A stretch of DNA of 64,000 nt, taken from contig CP065011.1 of assembly GCA_016699795.1 (NCBI GenBank), positions 755,449 to 819,448 of the forward strand. Reading direction: 5' to 3'. Numbering within the stretch: position 1 is the first letter of the stretch; every line of letters starts with the position of its first letter. Under the pieces are notes generated by a model. That model had not been told where the DNA came from, searched no databases, and saw only the letters and a list, made by a program, of their open reading frames with translations. Source of the DNA: Candidatus Moraniibacteriota bacterium. Lineage in GTDB: Bacteria; Patescibacteriota; Minisyncoccia; Moranbacterales; GCA-2747515. Shown here piece after piece: positions 1-9,325 of this stretch. A program made the translations under genes and the position numbers.

Positions 1-3
1 AAT

Positions 4-1722
4 ATGAAAAAATTTAATAAACAAATTCCTGTTTTTTTAATAACAAGTATTATTCTTCTTGGAACAGTATTGTTTATTCGAAATAATTTAAATATTTTTC
101 ACACTTCTTGGGAAATTTCTGCAGAACCTTCTTCTGTAGATGCAAAAATAGAATCAACAACTGCAGGATCAAGTCCTATTTTATTAAATGCTGGGATGGA
201 GCAACAACAATCAACTCAAAATAAACCACTTTACTGGGAAGGAGGATCTCAAATAGGTTTAAGAAATATACAGTTTCACTCGATGAAGGGTGGGAAGGAT
301 AGTCATAGTGGCGACTATTATGCTCGATTGGAAATGCCTGCAAATCAAAGTGGCTCTGTTTGGATTTATCAATCAGGAAGGAATATAGACGTTTCTGGTT
401 TTAGTCAAATAACCTATTCCACATATGTTCGTTATAGTCGTCTTAAAAAAGTTTCTTTAGAAATAAAAGAATTTAATTCTTCGAATTTAGAAATTGCAAG
501 ACAAACAAGTGTACCATTGGGAAATAATGAATGGAAATGGAACAAAGGAAAACAAACATTTACTCTTAACTCTGCAACTAAAAGAGTTACATTTGCTGTT
601 GTGGCAGAACTCATGAATATACCGGGATCTAATATGGCTTATTTGGATGTGGACGATGCTTTTATAGAAACTTCTAGGACACCACGTAATGGGCCAAGTA
701 TGGGAGTTCATTCTGCTATAGAATATCCCACATCTTCCGCAATTATTTCAGAGATGGCGAATATGGATACTTTATTAGGGGCTGATATGGATCGATTCGG
801 TTTAAACTGGTCACTTGTAGAAAAAACAAAAGGCTCTTATTCTTGGGATCGATATGATACCATCATTAACACACTTTATAATAAAGAAATAAAACCACTT
901 GTTATTATTACCACTTCTCCAATGTGGATAAATAAATGTCCTAGTGACTTTTCTTCTCAAAATAGATGCTTAAATTATGTTCCTCAGAATGAAGGAGATT
1001 TTGAAAAGTGGGTTTCTGAATATGAAAAATTTGTACGAATGGCGGTTTCTCGCTATAAAAATAAAGTAAAGCATTGGGAAATAGGAAATGAAGTTAATAT
1101 CCAACAATTTTGGGAACCTGCTCCGAATATAAAACAATTTGCTAAGTTTTCCTATAGAATACATAAAGCCATCCTTGCAATAGATCCGAATGCTTCAGTT
1201 GCTATAGGGGGTCTTACTATTCTTAATCATGCCTATGCATCTCCTCAAATAGCGGGAAAAGATTTTATAGCGGGGCTTTATAGAGAATGGAAACTGATCG
1301 ATCCTACGTTTAAGCCTTCTATTTTTAGTATTCATCCCTATCCATTTGGCGGTGAAGCATTAACACCTCAGGCAGGAACTTCTAATAAAAATTCATTTCT
1401 TGATGTAGAAACTATTCATAACACACTCAATACACATGGAACAGGAAATGAACGTATTTGGATAACAGAATTTGGTTGGAGATCTTGTAAAGATATTTCT
1501 GGATCAACTAAATGTAATGAGCCATATACATTACAACAACAAAGCACGTATTTACAACAAGGAATGGATTATCTTTTGCGCAATTGGTCTTATGTTGATA
1601 TCGTCACGTGGTTTTGGCTTTATGATAGACCAGATTCAAAAAATCTTTATGGATTTGGACTTATAAACAAAGATAAACAAATAACAAGTACGGGTAATGT
1701 ATATAAACAGTATTCTCAATAA
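4..1722 (+). CDS. Membrane-anchored glycoside hydrolase, clan GH-A (GH5/GH39-like (beta/alpha)8 glycosidase)
   Basis: 572-aa ORF with an N-terminal hydrophobic anchor (FLITSIILLGTVLF). The motif HWEIGNEVN matches the clan GH-A acid/base NE(P) strand. WITEFGW matches the nucleophile TEFG strand near the C-terminus. Confidence 0.6.
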   Translation: MKKFNKQIPVFLITSIILLGTVLFIRNNLNIFHTSWEISAEPSSVDAKIESTTAGSSPILLNAGMEQQQSTQNKPLYWEGGSQIGLRNIQFHSMKGGKDSHSGDYYARLEMPANQSGSVWIYQSGRNIDVSGFSQITYSTYVRYSRLKKVSLEIKEFNSSNLEIARQTSVPLGNNEWKWNKGKQTFTLNSATKRVTFAVVAELMNIPGSNMAYLDVDDAFIETSRTPRNGPSMGVHSAIEYPTSSAIISEMANMDTLLGADMDRFGLNWSLVEKTKGSYSWDRYDTIINTLYNKEIKPLVIITTSPMWINKCPSDFSSQNRCLNYVPQNEGDFEKWVSEYEKFVRMAVSRYKNKVKHWEIGNEVNIQQFWEPAPNIKQFAKFSYRIHKAILAIDPNASVAIGGLTILNHAYASPQIAGKDFIAGLYREWKLIDPTFKPSIFSIHPYPFGGEALTPQAGTSNKNSFLDVETIHNTLNTHGTGNERIWITEFGWRSCKDISGSTKCNEPYTLQQQSTYLQQGMDYLLRNWSYVDIVTWFWLYDRPDSKNLYGFGLINKDKQITSTGNVYKQYSQ

Positions 1723-1890
1723 TACCTTTTACATTTTATGAGTAATAATGTTAATAATAAAGTTTTAGATCATCATATTGATTGATATTTATGTAAAATT
1801 GAATCAGAAGTTTTATTCGATATTTTTATTTGCATCCTCTTCCTCGTTTCGTGTATAATAAGATGGATAATTTATAATAAAAAGAAAATT

Positions 1891-2631
1891 ATGTTAGTAG
1901 AAAATAAAGTAGCTCTTATCACAGGAGCGGGGCAGGGTATTGGTCGGGGTATTGCATTGACTCTTGCAAAAGAAGGTGCGCATATTATCGTGTCCGATAT
2001 CAATTTTGAAAATGCCCAAAAAGTAGCTGAGGAAGCGAGAGGCTTCGGTTCAGAAGTTGAAGTTGTGGGATGTGATGTTTCCAACAAAGAAAGTGTTTCG
2101 GAAATGTTTCGAAAAGTCGATGAAAAATTTGGACGACTTGATATTCTCGTAAATAATGCTGGTATTTTCCCTTTTTCTCCTTTAATAGATATGGAAGAAT
2201 CACAATGGGATAAAGTAATGGAAGTGAATGTAAAGAGTTTGTATTATTGTACACGAGAAGCTTTGAAAAGACTTCCTGAAGGAGGACGAATTATAACTGT
2301 ATCTTCCATAGCTTCCATAATTGGATTTGAAGGACTTACTCATTATTGTGCTTCTAAGGGTGCTGTAAACGGATTTACACATGCATTGTCATTAGAATTA
2401 GCACCTAAAGGAATTACGGTTAACGCTGTTGCTCCAGGAGCTATCAGTACCCCAGGTGCAGATTCTGGCGTTGATGAAGAAACAACAAATCAATTCTTGA
2501 AAACAATTCCTATGGGAAGAAAAGGACAGCCTGAAGACATTGCGAATGCAGTAACATTTCTTGCTTCTGATCGCGCATCCTATATTACAGGACAAGTTAT
2601 TGTTGTTGATGGTGGTTGGACAATTCGATAG
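1891..2631 (+). CDS. SDR-family oxidoreductase (3-oxoacyl-ACP reductase FabG-like)
   Basis: Rossmann motif ALITGAGQGIGRGIAL, NNAG, and the catalytic YxxxK signature YCASKGAV. Length 246 aa is typical of classical SDRs. Confidence 0.85.
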   Translation: MLVENKVALITGAGQGIGRGIALTLAKEGAHIIVSDINFENAQKVAEEARGFGSEVEVVGCDVSNKESVSEMFRKVDEKFGRLDILVNNAGIFPFSPLIDMEESQWDKVMEVNVKSLYYCTREALKRLPEGGRIITVSSIASIIGFEGLTHYCASKGAVNGFTHALSLELAPKGITVNAVAPGAISTPGADSGVDEETTNQFLKTIPMGRKGQPEDIANAVTFLASDRASYITGQVIVVDGGWTIR

Positions 2632-2656
2632 AAATTTTTTCTTAAAAAATAAAAAA

Positions 2657-2684
2657 AGAGTTGTTTTCGAACAGCTCTTTTTTA
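2657..2684 (+). terminator. Rho-independent terminator after the SDR gene
   Basis: Hairpin agagttg-ttttcgaa-cagctct (one G-U pair) followed by a T-run. Confidence 0.45.
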
Positions 2685-2733
2685 TAAGAAAGAAATTTCA
2701 GGAAAAGAACATTTTTTTGTAAGATTTATTGAT

Positions 2734-3282
2734 ATGAAAATAGCTATAGGAACACTTCGAAAACCGAAAATTGATGGAGTAAAAAAAGCCGTAGAAACAT
2801 GTCCTTATTTTGATTCTTTTAGAGATTCTATACAGTATGTTTCAATGGAAACACCCTCTGATATTTCTCACATGCCTATCTCAATAGAACAGATTATGTT
2901 GGGAGCAAATAATCGAGCTAGGAATCTTTTGCAGTCCGTTCCAGGCGCTGATTATTTTGTGGGTATTGAAGGTGGAACGGAGAGATTTGGAGAAAAATCG
3001 TATGTATTTGGATGTGTTTTTATTCTTAATAATAAAGGAGAGGGTCATTATGGTTTTTCTCCTATGGTGGAAGTACCTTCGATTATCGATGATATGATTT
3101 ATAAAGAGGGAAAAGAGTTAGGACCTATTATGAAGGAGCTTTCTGGAGGAAAAGATGTTCGATCAGAAAATGGGAGTATGGGAATGTGGACAGATAATAT
3201 GCTTGTGAGACGTGATGAATTCGTGCTCGCTTTTTATTCTGCAATTGCACCTTTTTTTAATGAATATTATTTAAAAAAATGA
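2734..3282 (+). CDS. YjjX-family non-canonical purine NTP phosphatase (inosine/xanthosine triphosphatase-like)
   Basis: 182 aa. VGIEGG and ELGPIMKEL segments align with E. coli YjjX (VAIEAGI ... ALGPVMSRY). Start has the MKIAIGT pattern typical of the family. Confidence 0.5.
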   Translation: MKIAIGTLRKPKIDGVKKAVETCPYFDSFRDSIQYVSMETPSDISHMPISIEQIMLGANNRARNLLQSVPGADYFVGIEGGTERFGEKSYVFGCVFILNNKGEGHYGFSPMVEVPSIIDDMIYKEGKELGPIMKELSGGKDVRSENGSMGMWTDNMLVRRDEFVLAFYSAIAPFFNEYYLKK

Positions 3283-3503
3283 AAATTTTTGTAAAGGTTA
3301 AAGCAGGTGCAAGAACGGATTTTGTAGAAAGAAAAGATGAAACACATTTTTTTGTTTTGGTTAAAGCGCAGCCAGAACATGGAAAGGCAAATGTTCGTGT
3401 AGAGAAACTACTAGCAAAGTTTTTAGATATTTCCCGATCTCGCATTTCTCTTCGTTCGGGAATAGCGAGTAAGCAAAAGGTGTTTGATATTGATATGAAA
3501 TAA
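3279..3503 (+). CDS. DUF167/YggU-family small protein
   Basis: 74 aa with the KVKAGARTD...GKANVRVEKLLAKFL pattern characteristic of YggU/UPF0235. Its ATG overlaps the upstream stop by 4 bp (ATGA), implying translational coupling. Confidence 0.6.
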   Translation: MKIFVKVKAGARTDFVERKDETHFFVLVKAQPEHGKANVRVEKLLAKFLDISRSRISLRSGIASKQKVFDIDMK

Positions 3504-3529
3504 GACGCAAGAATTTTCTTGCGTCTTTA
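3504..3529 (+). terminator. Rho-independent terminator
   Basis: Perfect hairpin agacgcaaga-attt-tcttgcgtct followed by ttt. Confidence 0.55.
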
Positions 3530-3766
3530 GGGGAGGGTTACTTTTGAGGGTAACTATTTTTGATTTGCGTATACCACAAAATCCCTTGAGTATTCGAGAT
3601 ATTTTTTCAGAAAACGGTTTTGGGTATTTATTTCTGTATAATAAGATTTATTTTTATAGGGTTGTTAGTATGTCTAATTATTTTTTATTCAATTTGAGGA
3701 AGATGTGTTTAAATTTTCTTTAAAAAAGAACCTATGTTATTATAGGGAAATAATAAAATATTTTTT

Positions 3767-4351
3767 ATGGCATACGGAAAAATAATACCCGGACTTATTT
3801 TAGAAGGAGAGCCTGCTCCTTACGGAGTGATTAATGAGCGTGCTGTCAGAGCAGGGGCAGGACTTATGTTCGCTATTGGATTTTTTACTCTCATGACCAT
3901 GTATTTTGAAAGGAACCTCCTCTTAGCTTTCTGGGTTATTTTGGTTTTTTGGATTGACTTTATTTTGAAAGTTTTTATTGGTCCAGAAATATCTCTTTTT
4001 GGAAGAATTGGAAAATTACTGGTGAAAAATCAAAGACCAGAATATGTGGGTGCAATTCAAAAACGGTTTGCATGGAGTATTGGTCTTGTAATGTCGAGTG
4101 CAGTACTGGGTTTTATCAGTTACCAATTATTTTTTGCAACTCAATGTACGCAGACTGTTGTGGGATCTGGTTCAAATTGTATTATTCCCATGATTTTATG
4201 TGGAATTTGTTTGATATTTATGTGGCTTGAATCGGCTGTTGGTTTTTGTGTGGGATGTGTTATTTATCAATGGTTGGTAAAAAGGGGTGTTATAAAACAG
4301 AAAGAATTTTCACCAGTCTGTCCTGGCGGTGTCTGTAGTGTGGAAAAATAA
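3767..4351 (+). CDS. DUF4395-like integral membrane protein
   Basis: 194 aa with multiple hydrophobic helices and a Cys-rich C-terminus (CPGGVCSVEK). Resembles DUF4395 membrane proteins; family assignment is from memory. Confidence 0.4.
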   Translation: MAYGKIIPGLILEGEPAPYGVINERAVRAGAGLMFAIGFFTLMTMYFERNLLLAFWVILVFWIDFILKVFIGPEISLFGRIGKLLVKNQRPEYVGAIQKRFAWSIGLVMSSAVLGFISYQLFFATQCTQTVVGSGSNCIIPMILCGICLIFMWLESAVGFCVGCVIYQWLVKRGVIKQKEFSPVCPGGVCSVEK

Positions 4352-4391
4352 ATTTTTATGTCTTCTTTTTAAATTAAAAAATAAAGTACGT

Positions 4392-6263
4392 ATGAAAACA
4401 AAAAAACAAAAAAATCTTTTTTCCATAGCCATTATTTTTTCTGTGATTTCTATAGTTTTTCTTTCAGGGAAAATACTTTCGATTCAGAAAAACCCTTATC
4501 TTTCTTCTTTGAAAGAAGATTTTTTTTACGGAGTTGATGCTAAGTCAGAACAGGGAGAAGGGGTGGGGCAATTAATAAGTAATTATGGACAGGAGAAGAA
4601 AATTACAGAGACACCTTCGATAACAAGTACTACCACTCAAACTCCGAGCGCTATTCAAATGCAAGAGAATGTACCTAATCAAGAAAAAGATGAAATTAAA
4701 AACGACAAAGATGTGCCTATATGTGTTTATGTGTATTCAAGCTGGAGTGTTTGTAGCTCGGAAAATATCCAGACAAGAAAGGTTATCACTAAAGAACCTA
4801 AAAATTGTTTAGAAAAGAACAAACCCGAAGTGCTCAAGAAATGTGTTTATAAAAAAGAAGATACCCAAATAAATTCTCAGATTGAAACAATAAATCAAAA
4901 TAGAGAAGAGGTTACTGTTCAAGAAAAACTTCCTCAATGTGGTTACTTATATTCGGATTGGGGTGTATGCAAGTCGGATGGGAAACGATACCGAACGGTT
5001 TTGTCTAGAACTCCAAATAAATGTAAGGAATACAAACCTCCCGTCCTTAAAGAAACTTGTGAAAAACAGAAGGACACCATTTCTTTGAATGAAGAAAAAG
5101 TAAAAAATAAAGAAGAAACGAATAAGCAAGAAGAAAATAATGTTGAAAATAGAAAAGTTTCTTTTGTTGGTCTAAAAAATAACATCGCTATATCTGGTCC
5201 TTATGAAATTAAATCTCAAATTCAAGATGCTTTGAAGGTGGAATACTACTTAGAACAATCCCCATCAGGAATGAATTACTATCTCGGAGCTGCTTATCTT
5301 TCTATAGAAGGATATTGGGTCTATGGTTTTGATTCCTCTCGCTTTCCAAATGGAAAATTTTCTTTGTATGCCAAAGTGCAAGATGTTTCAGGAGAATATA
5401 AGGGTGAGGGAATTTTGGTTTTAATTGATAATGTTTTATCTCAACCAAAAACCGTTGAACCAAAAGCTATTGAATCAAATGCAGTTATTCAAAATTCTGA
5501 TAATACAATGAAAGAAAATTTTAATGGAGCTACAACGCAGGATTGGCAGTTAAGTTATTTTGGATCTTTGTATTGCTTGGAACAATCGGACTGCGCTGCG
5601 AATGCTGATCCTGATAAAGATAGCTTGAAGAATGCTGAGGAATTTCGTTATGGGACGGATCCGAATAATCCAGATACTGATAAAGATAGTTTTTTGGATG
5701 GAGATGAAATACGAAATGGATTCAATCCTTTAAAATCTTCTCCAGGAGATAAACGAGATAAAATTGCCTTTCAGAGTCCTAAGGTAGAAGGTGAAGTGCA
5801 TGAAGAAGCCTATCAAGTAAATAATGTTAAGAAAACTGTTGATCAAACAGGGTCAAATGTTCTTCTTATAGAAGGAAAAGGGCTTCCAAATAGTTTTGTG
5901 ACGGTGTATGTATTTAGTGAAATCCCCGTTGTTTTGACGGTAGAAACAGATAAAGATGGGAATTGGTCATATATTCTCGACAAAGATTTAGAGGATGGAG
6001 AACATCAAGTTTATGTTGCTGTAACGAATAATTTGGGAAAGATAACTGCAAAAAGCAACCCACTTGTCTTTATAAAGACAGCGCAAGCATTGGAAATTGT
6101 AAATGATAAGCAGATTTCAGAAAATGTTGAATCACCCACGAAGAGTAGATTTTTTGAAGATACTTTTTTTCTTTTCGTTGCTATTTTTACTGGTGTTGTG
6201 TTGGCTGTTTTGGGAATTGGTTTTTTTCACTTGAGAAATATTCGAAATTATAGTGGGGATTGA
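4392..6263 (+). CDS. Secreted/surface repeat protein with TSP3-like Ca-binding repeats and a C-terminal TM anchor
   Basis: Signal/anchor region after Met22. Two ~45-aa Cys-containing repeats (CVYVYSSWSVCSS...C...C / CGYLYSDWGVCKS...C...C). Acidic DPDKDS...YGTDPNNPDTDKDSFLDGDE repeats. Terminal hydrophobic helix FLFVAIFTGVVLAVLGIGFF followed by a basic tail. Confidence 0.55.
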   Translation: MKTKKQKNLFSIAIIFSVISIVFLSGKILSIQKNPYLSSLKEDFFYGVDAKSEQGEGVGQLISNYGQEKKITETPSITSTTTQTPSAIQMQENVPNQEKDEIKNDKDVPICVYVYSSWSVCSSENIQTRKVITKEPKNCLEKNKPEVLKKCVYKKEDTQINSQIETINQNREEVTVQEKLPQCGYLYSDWGVCKSDGKRYRTVLSRTPNKCKEYKPPVLKETCEKQKDTISLNEEKVKNKEETNKQEENNVENRKVSFVGLKNNIAISGPYEIKSQIQDALKVEYYLEQSPSGMNYYLGAAYLSIEGYWVYGFDSSRFPNGKFSLYAKVQDVSGEYKGEGILVLIDNVLSQPKTVEPKAIESNAVIQNSDNTMKENFNGATTQDWQLSYFGSLYCLEQSDCAANADPDKDSLKNAEEFRYGTDPNNPDTDKDSFLDGDEIRNGFNPLKSSPGDKRDKIAFQSPKVEGEVHEEAYQVNNVKKTVDQTGSNVLLIEGKGLPNSFVTVYVFSEIPVVLTVETDKDGNWSYILDKDLEDGEHQVYVAVTNNLGKITAKSNPLVFIKTAQALEIVNDKQISENVESPTKSRFFEDTFFLFVAIFTGVVLAVLGIGFFHLRNIRNYSGD

Positions 6264-6273
6264 GTGTATTCTT

Positions 6274-7617
6274 ATGAAAAAGATCTTCTATAAAGCATTG
6301 GAGTTTATTCGAGAAAATCCGAAGGTTCTTCCATCTTTTTTTCTTGTAGTTGCGATTCCATTGGTTATTTTCATACATTCAAGGATGATAATTTCGAGTT
6401 TTGAAAAAAACATTGACACAATCATTCAAGCAGAAGCTGTTTTGGTGGAAAATATTATTACGTATTGGATAGGGGAAAAAATTGAGAATGAAGAAGAGCT
6501 TCAATCTCTTATAAAAGATATCGTTGAAAAAAACGAAAGAGTGGCATCTCTTTCAATACTAAAATCTTCAGATGGGGGTCAGAAGTTTTATGTTTTTTCT
6601 TCTGATAAAGAAGAATTGATCGGGTCTGAGAATTCGGGTATTCAAAATTTGTTGGCATGGAATACGCCCGAAGGAATAGCTACATTGGGCTTTGATGAAA
6701 ATGGTCGTTACTGGAATGTGGTAAAGAGTATTCACACCATTCATAATGAGAAAATCGGATTGATTTCGATGAATTTTTCTCTTCGAGAAAGCGATCTTTT
6801 GATCGAAAAAACTTTAAATAATTCTTTTTGGATTCTTGTTGCTACTATAGGAATCGTCTTACTTCTTATGGCAAATCAGATAAGACTTTTTCAATATGTT
6901 TTTCTGGCCCAAAAACTTCGTGAAATCGATCGAATGAAAGACATGTTTATTTCTATGGCAAGTCATGAATTGCGTTCACCTCTTACTGCGATCAAAGGAA
7001 ATATTGAATTTTTAAAAGAAAAACAAGAAGAAACTTTGGCAGATAAAGAAAGTCGATATTTTTTGGAGAATATTAATATCTCTGTGAATCGATTGGATGA
7101 TTTGGTGGATGACATGTTGGATGTTTCACGAATTGAAGGAAATCGCATCCCTATAAAATTAGTTTTGATGGAGCCAAAAGATATTATTGAGAGTTCTTTG
7201 AGAGAAATGCAACCTTACGCAACGAAAAAAGGACTTGATTTATCTTTAACTTCTTATGAGGCTGGAAATATTTTTGTTGATTCTGATAGGCTCAAACAAA
7301 TTTTGGTAAACTTGGTCGGAAATGCTATCAAATATACAGAAACGGGTAGTGTAAAAGTTTCTACGAAAATAAAAAATAAGGAATATTTGATAATGGTTGC
7401 AGATACGGGCTTCGGAATTTCCTCCGAAGATCAAAAAAAGCTTTTTCTTAAATTTTCCCGTATTCAAAATGGGAAAACGCAGGGAATAAAAGGAACGGGG
7501 CTTGGTTTGTGGATTACACAAGAACTTGCTCAAAAAATGAATGCTCATATTTCTTTAGAAAGTATAGAAGGTGTGGGATCTCATTTCTCTATTTGTTTTC
7601 CTTTGAAAAGAGGGTAA
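6274..7617 (+). CDS. Sensor histidine kinase
   Basis: H-box MASHELRSPLTAIKG. N-box LVGNAIKYT. G-boxes DTGFGI and GTGLGLWIT. Two N-terminal TM segments. Confidence 0.9.
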   Translation: MKKIFYKALEFIRENPKVLPSFFLVVAIPLVIFIHSRMIISSFEKNIDTIIQAEAVLVENIITYWIGEKIENEEELQSLIKDIVEKNERVASLSILKSSDGGQKFYVFSSDKEELIGSENSGIQNLLAWNTPEGIATLGFDENGRYWNVVKSIHTIHNEKIGLISMNFSLRESDLLIEKTLNNSFWILVATIGIVLLLMANQIRLFQYVFLAQKLREIDRMKDMFISMASHELRSPLTAIKGNIEFLKEKQEETLADKESRYFLENINISVNRLDDLVDDMLDVSRIEGNRIPIKLVLMEPKDIIESSLREMQPYATKKGLDLSLTSYEAGNIFVDSDRLKQILVNLVGNAIKYTETGSVKVSTKIKNKEYLIMVADTGFGISSEDQKKLFLKFSRIQNGKTQGIKGTGLGLWITQELAQKMNAHISLESIEGVGSHFSICFPLKRG

Positions 7618-7663
7618 TTTTTTTGTAGATGAAAGAAAGGGTTTGTTTCTTGCGTAATAAAGA

Positions 7664-8305
7664 TTGAGTTTCTTGAAACGAAGGTTATATTTCACAGAGG
7701 TTTACAAAAATTTTCGAAAATTTTTTGGTATGTTTGATTCTCAGCTCTGTATAGGGATAAATGATGAGGATTTAGTTTCTCGTTCTCTTTTAAATCGAGA
7801 TTTTTTCGGTTGTCTTGTGAAGCGATATGAGGCCCCACTTCTTCGGTATATTCATCGTATTACGAATGTTTCTTCTGAAGAGGCTCATGATCTTTTGCAA
7901 GAAAGTTTCATTAAGGCTTATAGCAATCTTAATGGTTTTGATGTAACACTCTCTTTTTCTTCATGGATGTATCGAATTGTTTATCATCAGGTTATAAGTG
8001 CTTATAGAAAAAAATCAATTCGTCCTGAGGGGCATCTTTTGGATATTGATGATGAAATTCTTGGGAGGATAAAAACGGAAGAAAATATTCTGAAAGATAT
8101 AGAAAGAAAGGATATTTCTCGACTTGTACAAGAGGCTATTGAAAGTTTGGATGAAAAATATCGAGAAGTAATAGTTCTTTATTATTTAGAAGAAAAAAAT
8201 TATCAAGAAATTTCAGATATTCTTGAAAAGCCACCAGGAACTATTGCGACATTGTTGAATCGAGCGAAAAAAAAGCTTCGAGAGCTTTTATATAAGAAAT
8301 ATTGA
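7664..8305 (+). CDS. ECF (sigma-70 family, group 4) RNA polymerase sigma factor
   Basis: Sigma region 2 (FSSWMYRIVYHQ) and region 4 HTH (YQEISDILEKPPGTIATLLNRAKKKLRELL). True start may be Met at 7733. Confidence 0.85.
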   Translation: MSFLKRRLYFTEVYKNFRKFFGMFDSQLCIGINDEDLVSRSLLNRDFFGCLVKRYEAPLLRYIHRITNVSSEEAHDLLQESFIKAYSNLNGFDVTLSFSSWMYRIVYHQVISAYRKKSIRPEGHLLDIDDEILGRIKTEENILKDIERKDISRLVQEAIESLDEKYREVIVLYYLEEKNYQEISDILEKPPGTIATLLNRAKKKLRELLYKKY

Positions 8306-8308
8306 TCT

Positions 8309-9076
8309 ATGAAAGAAGAATTTTCTCAAAGTGTTTTAGAAAAAATTGAACAAAGAGGCATAGCACCAAAACCGCGATGGCGTTTTATTTTTCATGATGT
8401 TTTATTGTGGTTTTTCTGGGCAATCGCGCTTTTATTTGGAAGTATAACATTTTCTGTTATCGCCTTTATTTCTATAAATAATAGTTGGATACTGGAGCGT
8501 TTTCTTAGATTTTCCCAAGTAAGTATCCTTGTAGAAATTATTCCCTTTCTTTGGATACTTGCCTTTGTTTTGTTTTTTGGAATTTCTTATTGGAATGCGA
8601 TAAAAACTAAACATGGATATCGCTTTCATATGAAAATTGTTTTGGGAAATATTTTTCTTTCTTTTCTTTTTGGAATGATGCTTTATTTTTTTGGAATGGG
8701 ACATTCTGTAGAAAAATTTGTAGGAAAGCATATTCCTCCTTATAGGCCGTTTGAAGAACGTCAAGAAATGATGTGGACACGACCTCATGAGGGGTTTCTT
8801 GGAGGTATTATTCTTTCTATTGAAAAAGAGAACGATTTTATTCTTCGTGATTCTTCGTCACGCATTTGGTTAATAAAAAATAATTCTGGAAATAGAGAAT
8901 TTGTTTTGATTGGAAATCGTGTTCATGTCTTGGGGGAAGAAGATTTAAGAGAAGGCGAATATATTTTTATTGCCGAAAGTATATTTCCAGGGAAAGTTCG
9001 AGGAAGTCATTTTCAATTTTTTCAGTATCCTTCAGGAGCACCTAAAAGGGGATGTTGTCACGAAATACTTCCTTAA
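8309..9076 (+). CDS. Multi-pass membrane protein immediately downstream of the ECF sigma (possible anti-sigma factor)
   Basis: Short cytoplasmic N-terminus then several TM helices. The 3-bp gap after the sigma gene suggests co-transcription. The anti-sigma role is inferred from position only. Confidence 0.3.
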   Translation: MKEEFSQSVLEKIEQRGIAPKPRWRFIFHDVLLWFFWAIALLFGSITFSVIAFISINNSWILERFLRFSQVSILVEIIPFLWILAFVLFFGISYWNAIKTKHGYRFHMKIVLGNIFLSFLFGMMLYFFGMGHSVEKFVGKHIPPYRPFEERQEMMWTRPHEGFLGGIILSIEKENDFILRDSSSRIWLIKNNSGNREFVLIGNRVHVLGEEDLREGEYIFIAESIFPGKVRGSHFQFFQYPSGAPKRGCCHEILP

Positions 9077-9325
9077 AAGATAAGTTGTTGAATTTTTCTC
9101 ACAGGTTTCAAATTTTACTTCGCATTGATGAAAATTTCATCACGAAAGGTTTTTGGTAAAGGTTTTCCTAAATAAAAAATAGAGAATTGCAAAAATTAAA
9201 TTCTATTCAAATGTGCTTTGAAGCTAAAGGGGACACGTTTAAATCCGGTTGACAAAAAATATTTCTTTTGGAAGTGTGTCGTTTTCTGTGCTACACTAAT
9301 AACTTGCACAAAAGAAGAGAAAACT

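Noticed and set aside
9218-9325. The M23 peptidase ORF as predicted from 9218.
   Set aside because: The first 36 codons (MKLKGTRLNPVDKKYFFWKC...) have no signal or TM logic. The Met at 9326 followed by a Lys-rich segment and a TM helix is a more plausible start, with the upstream stretch being promoter region.
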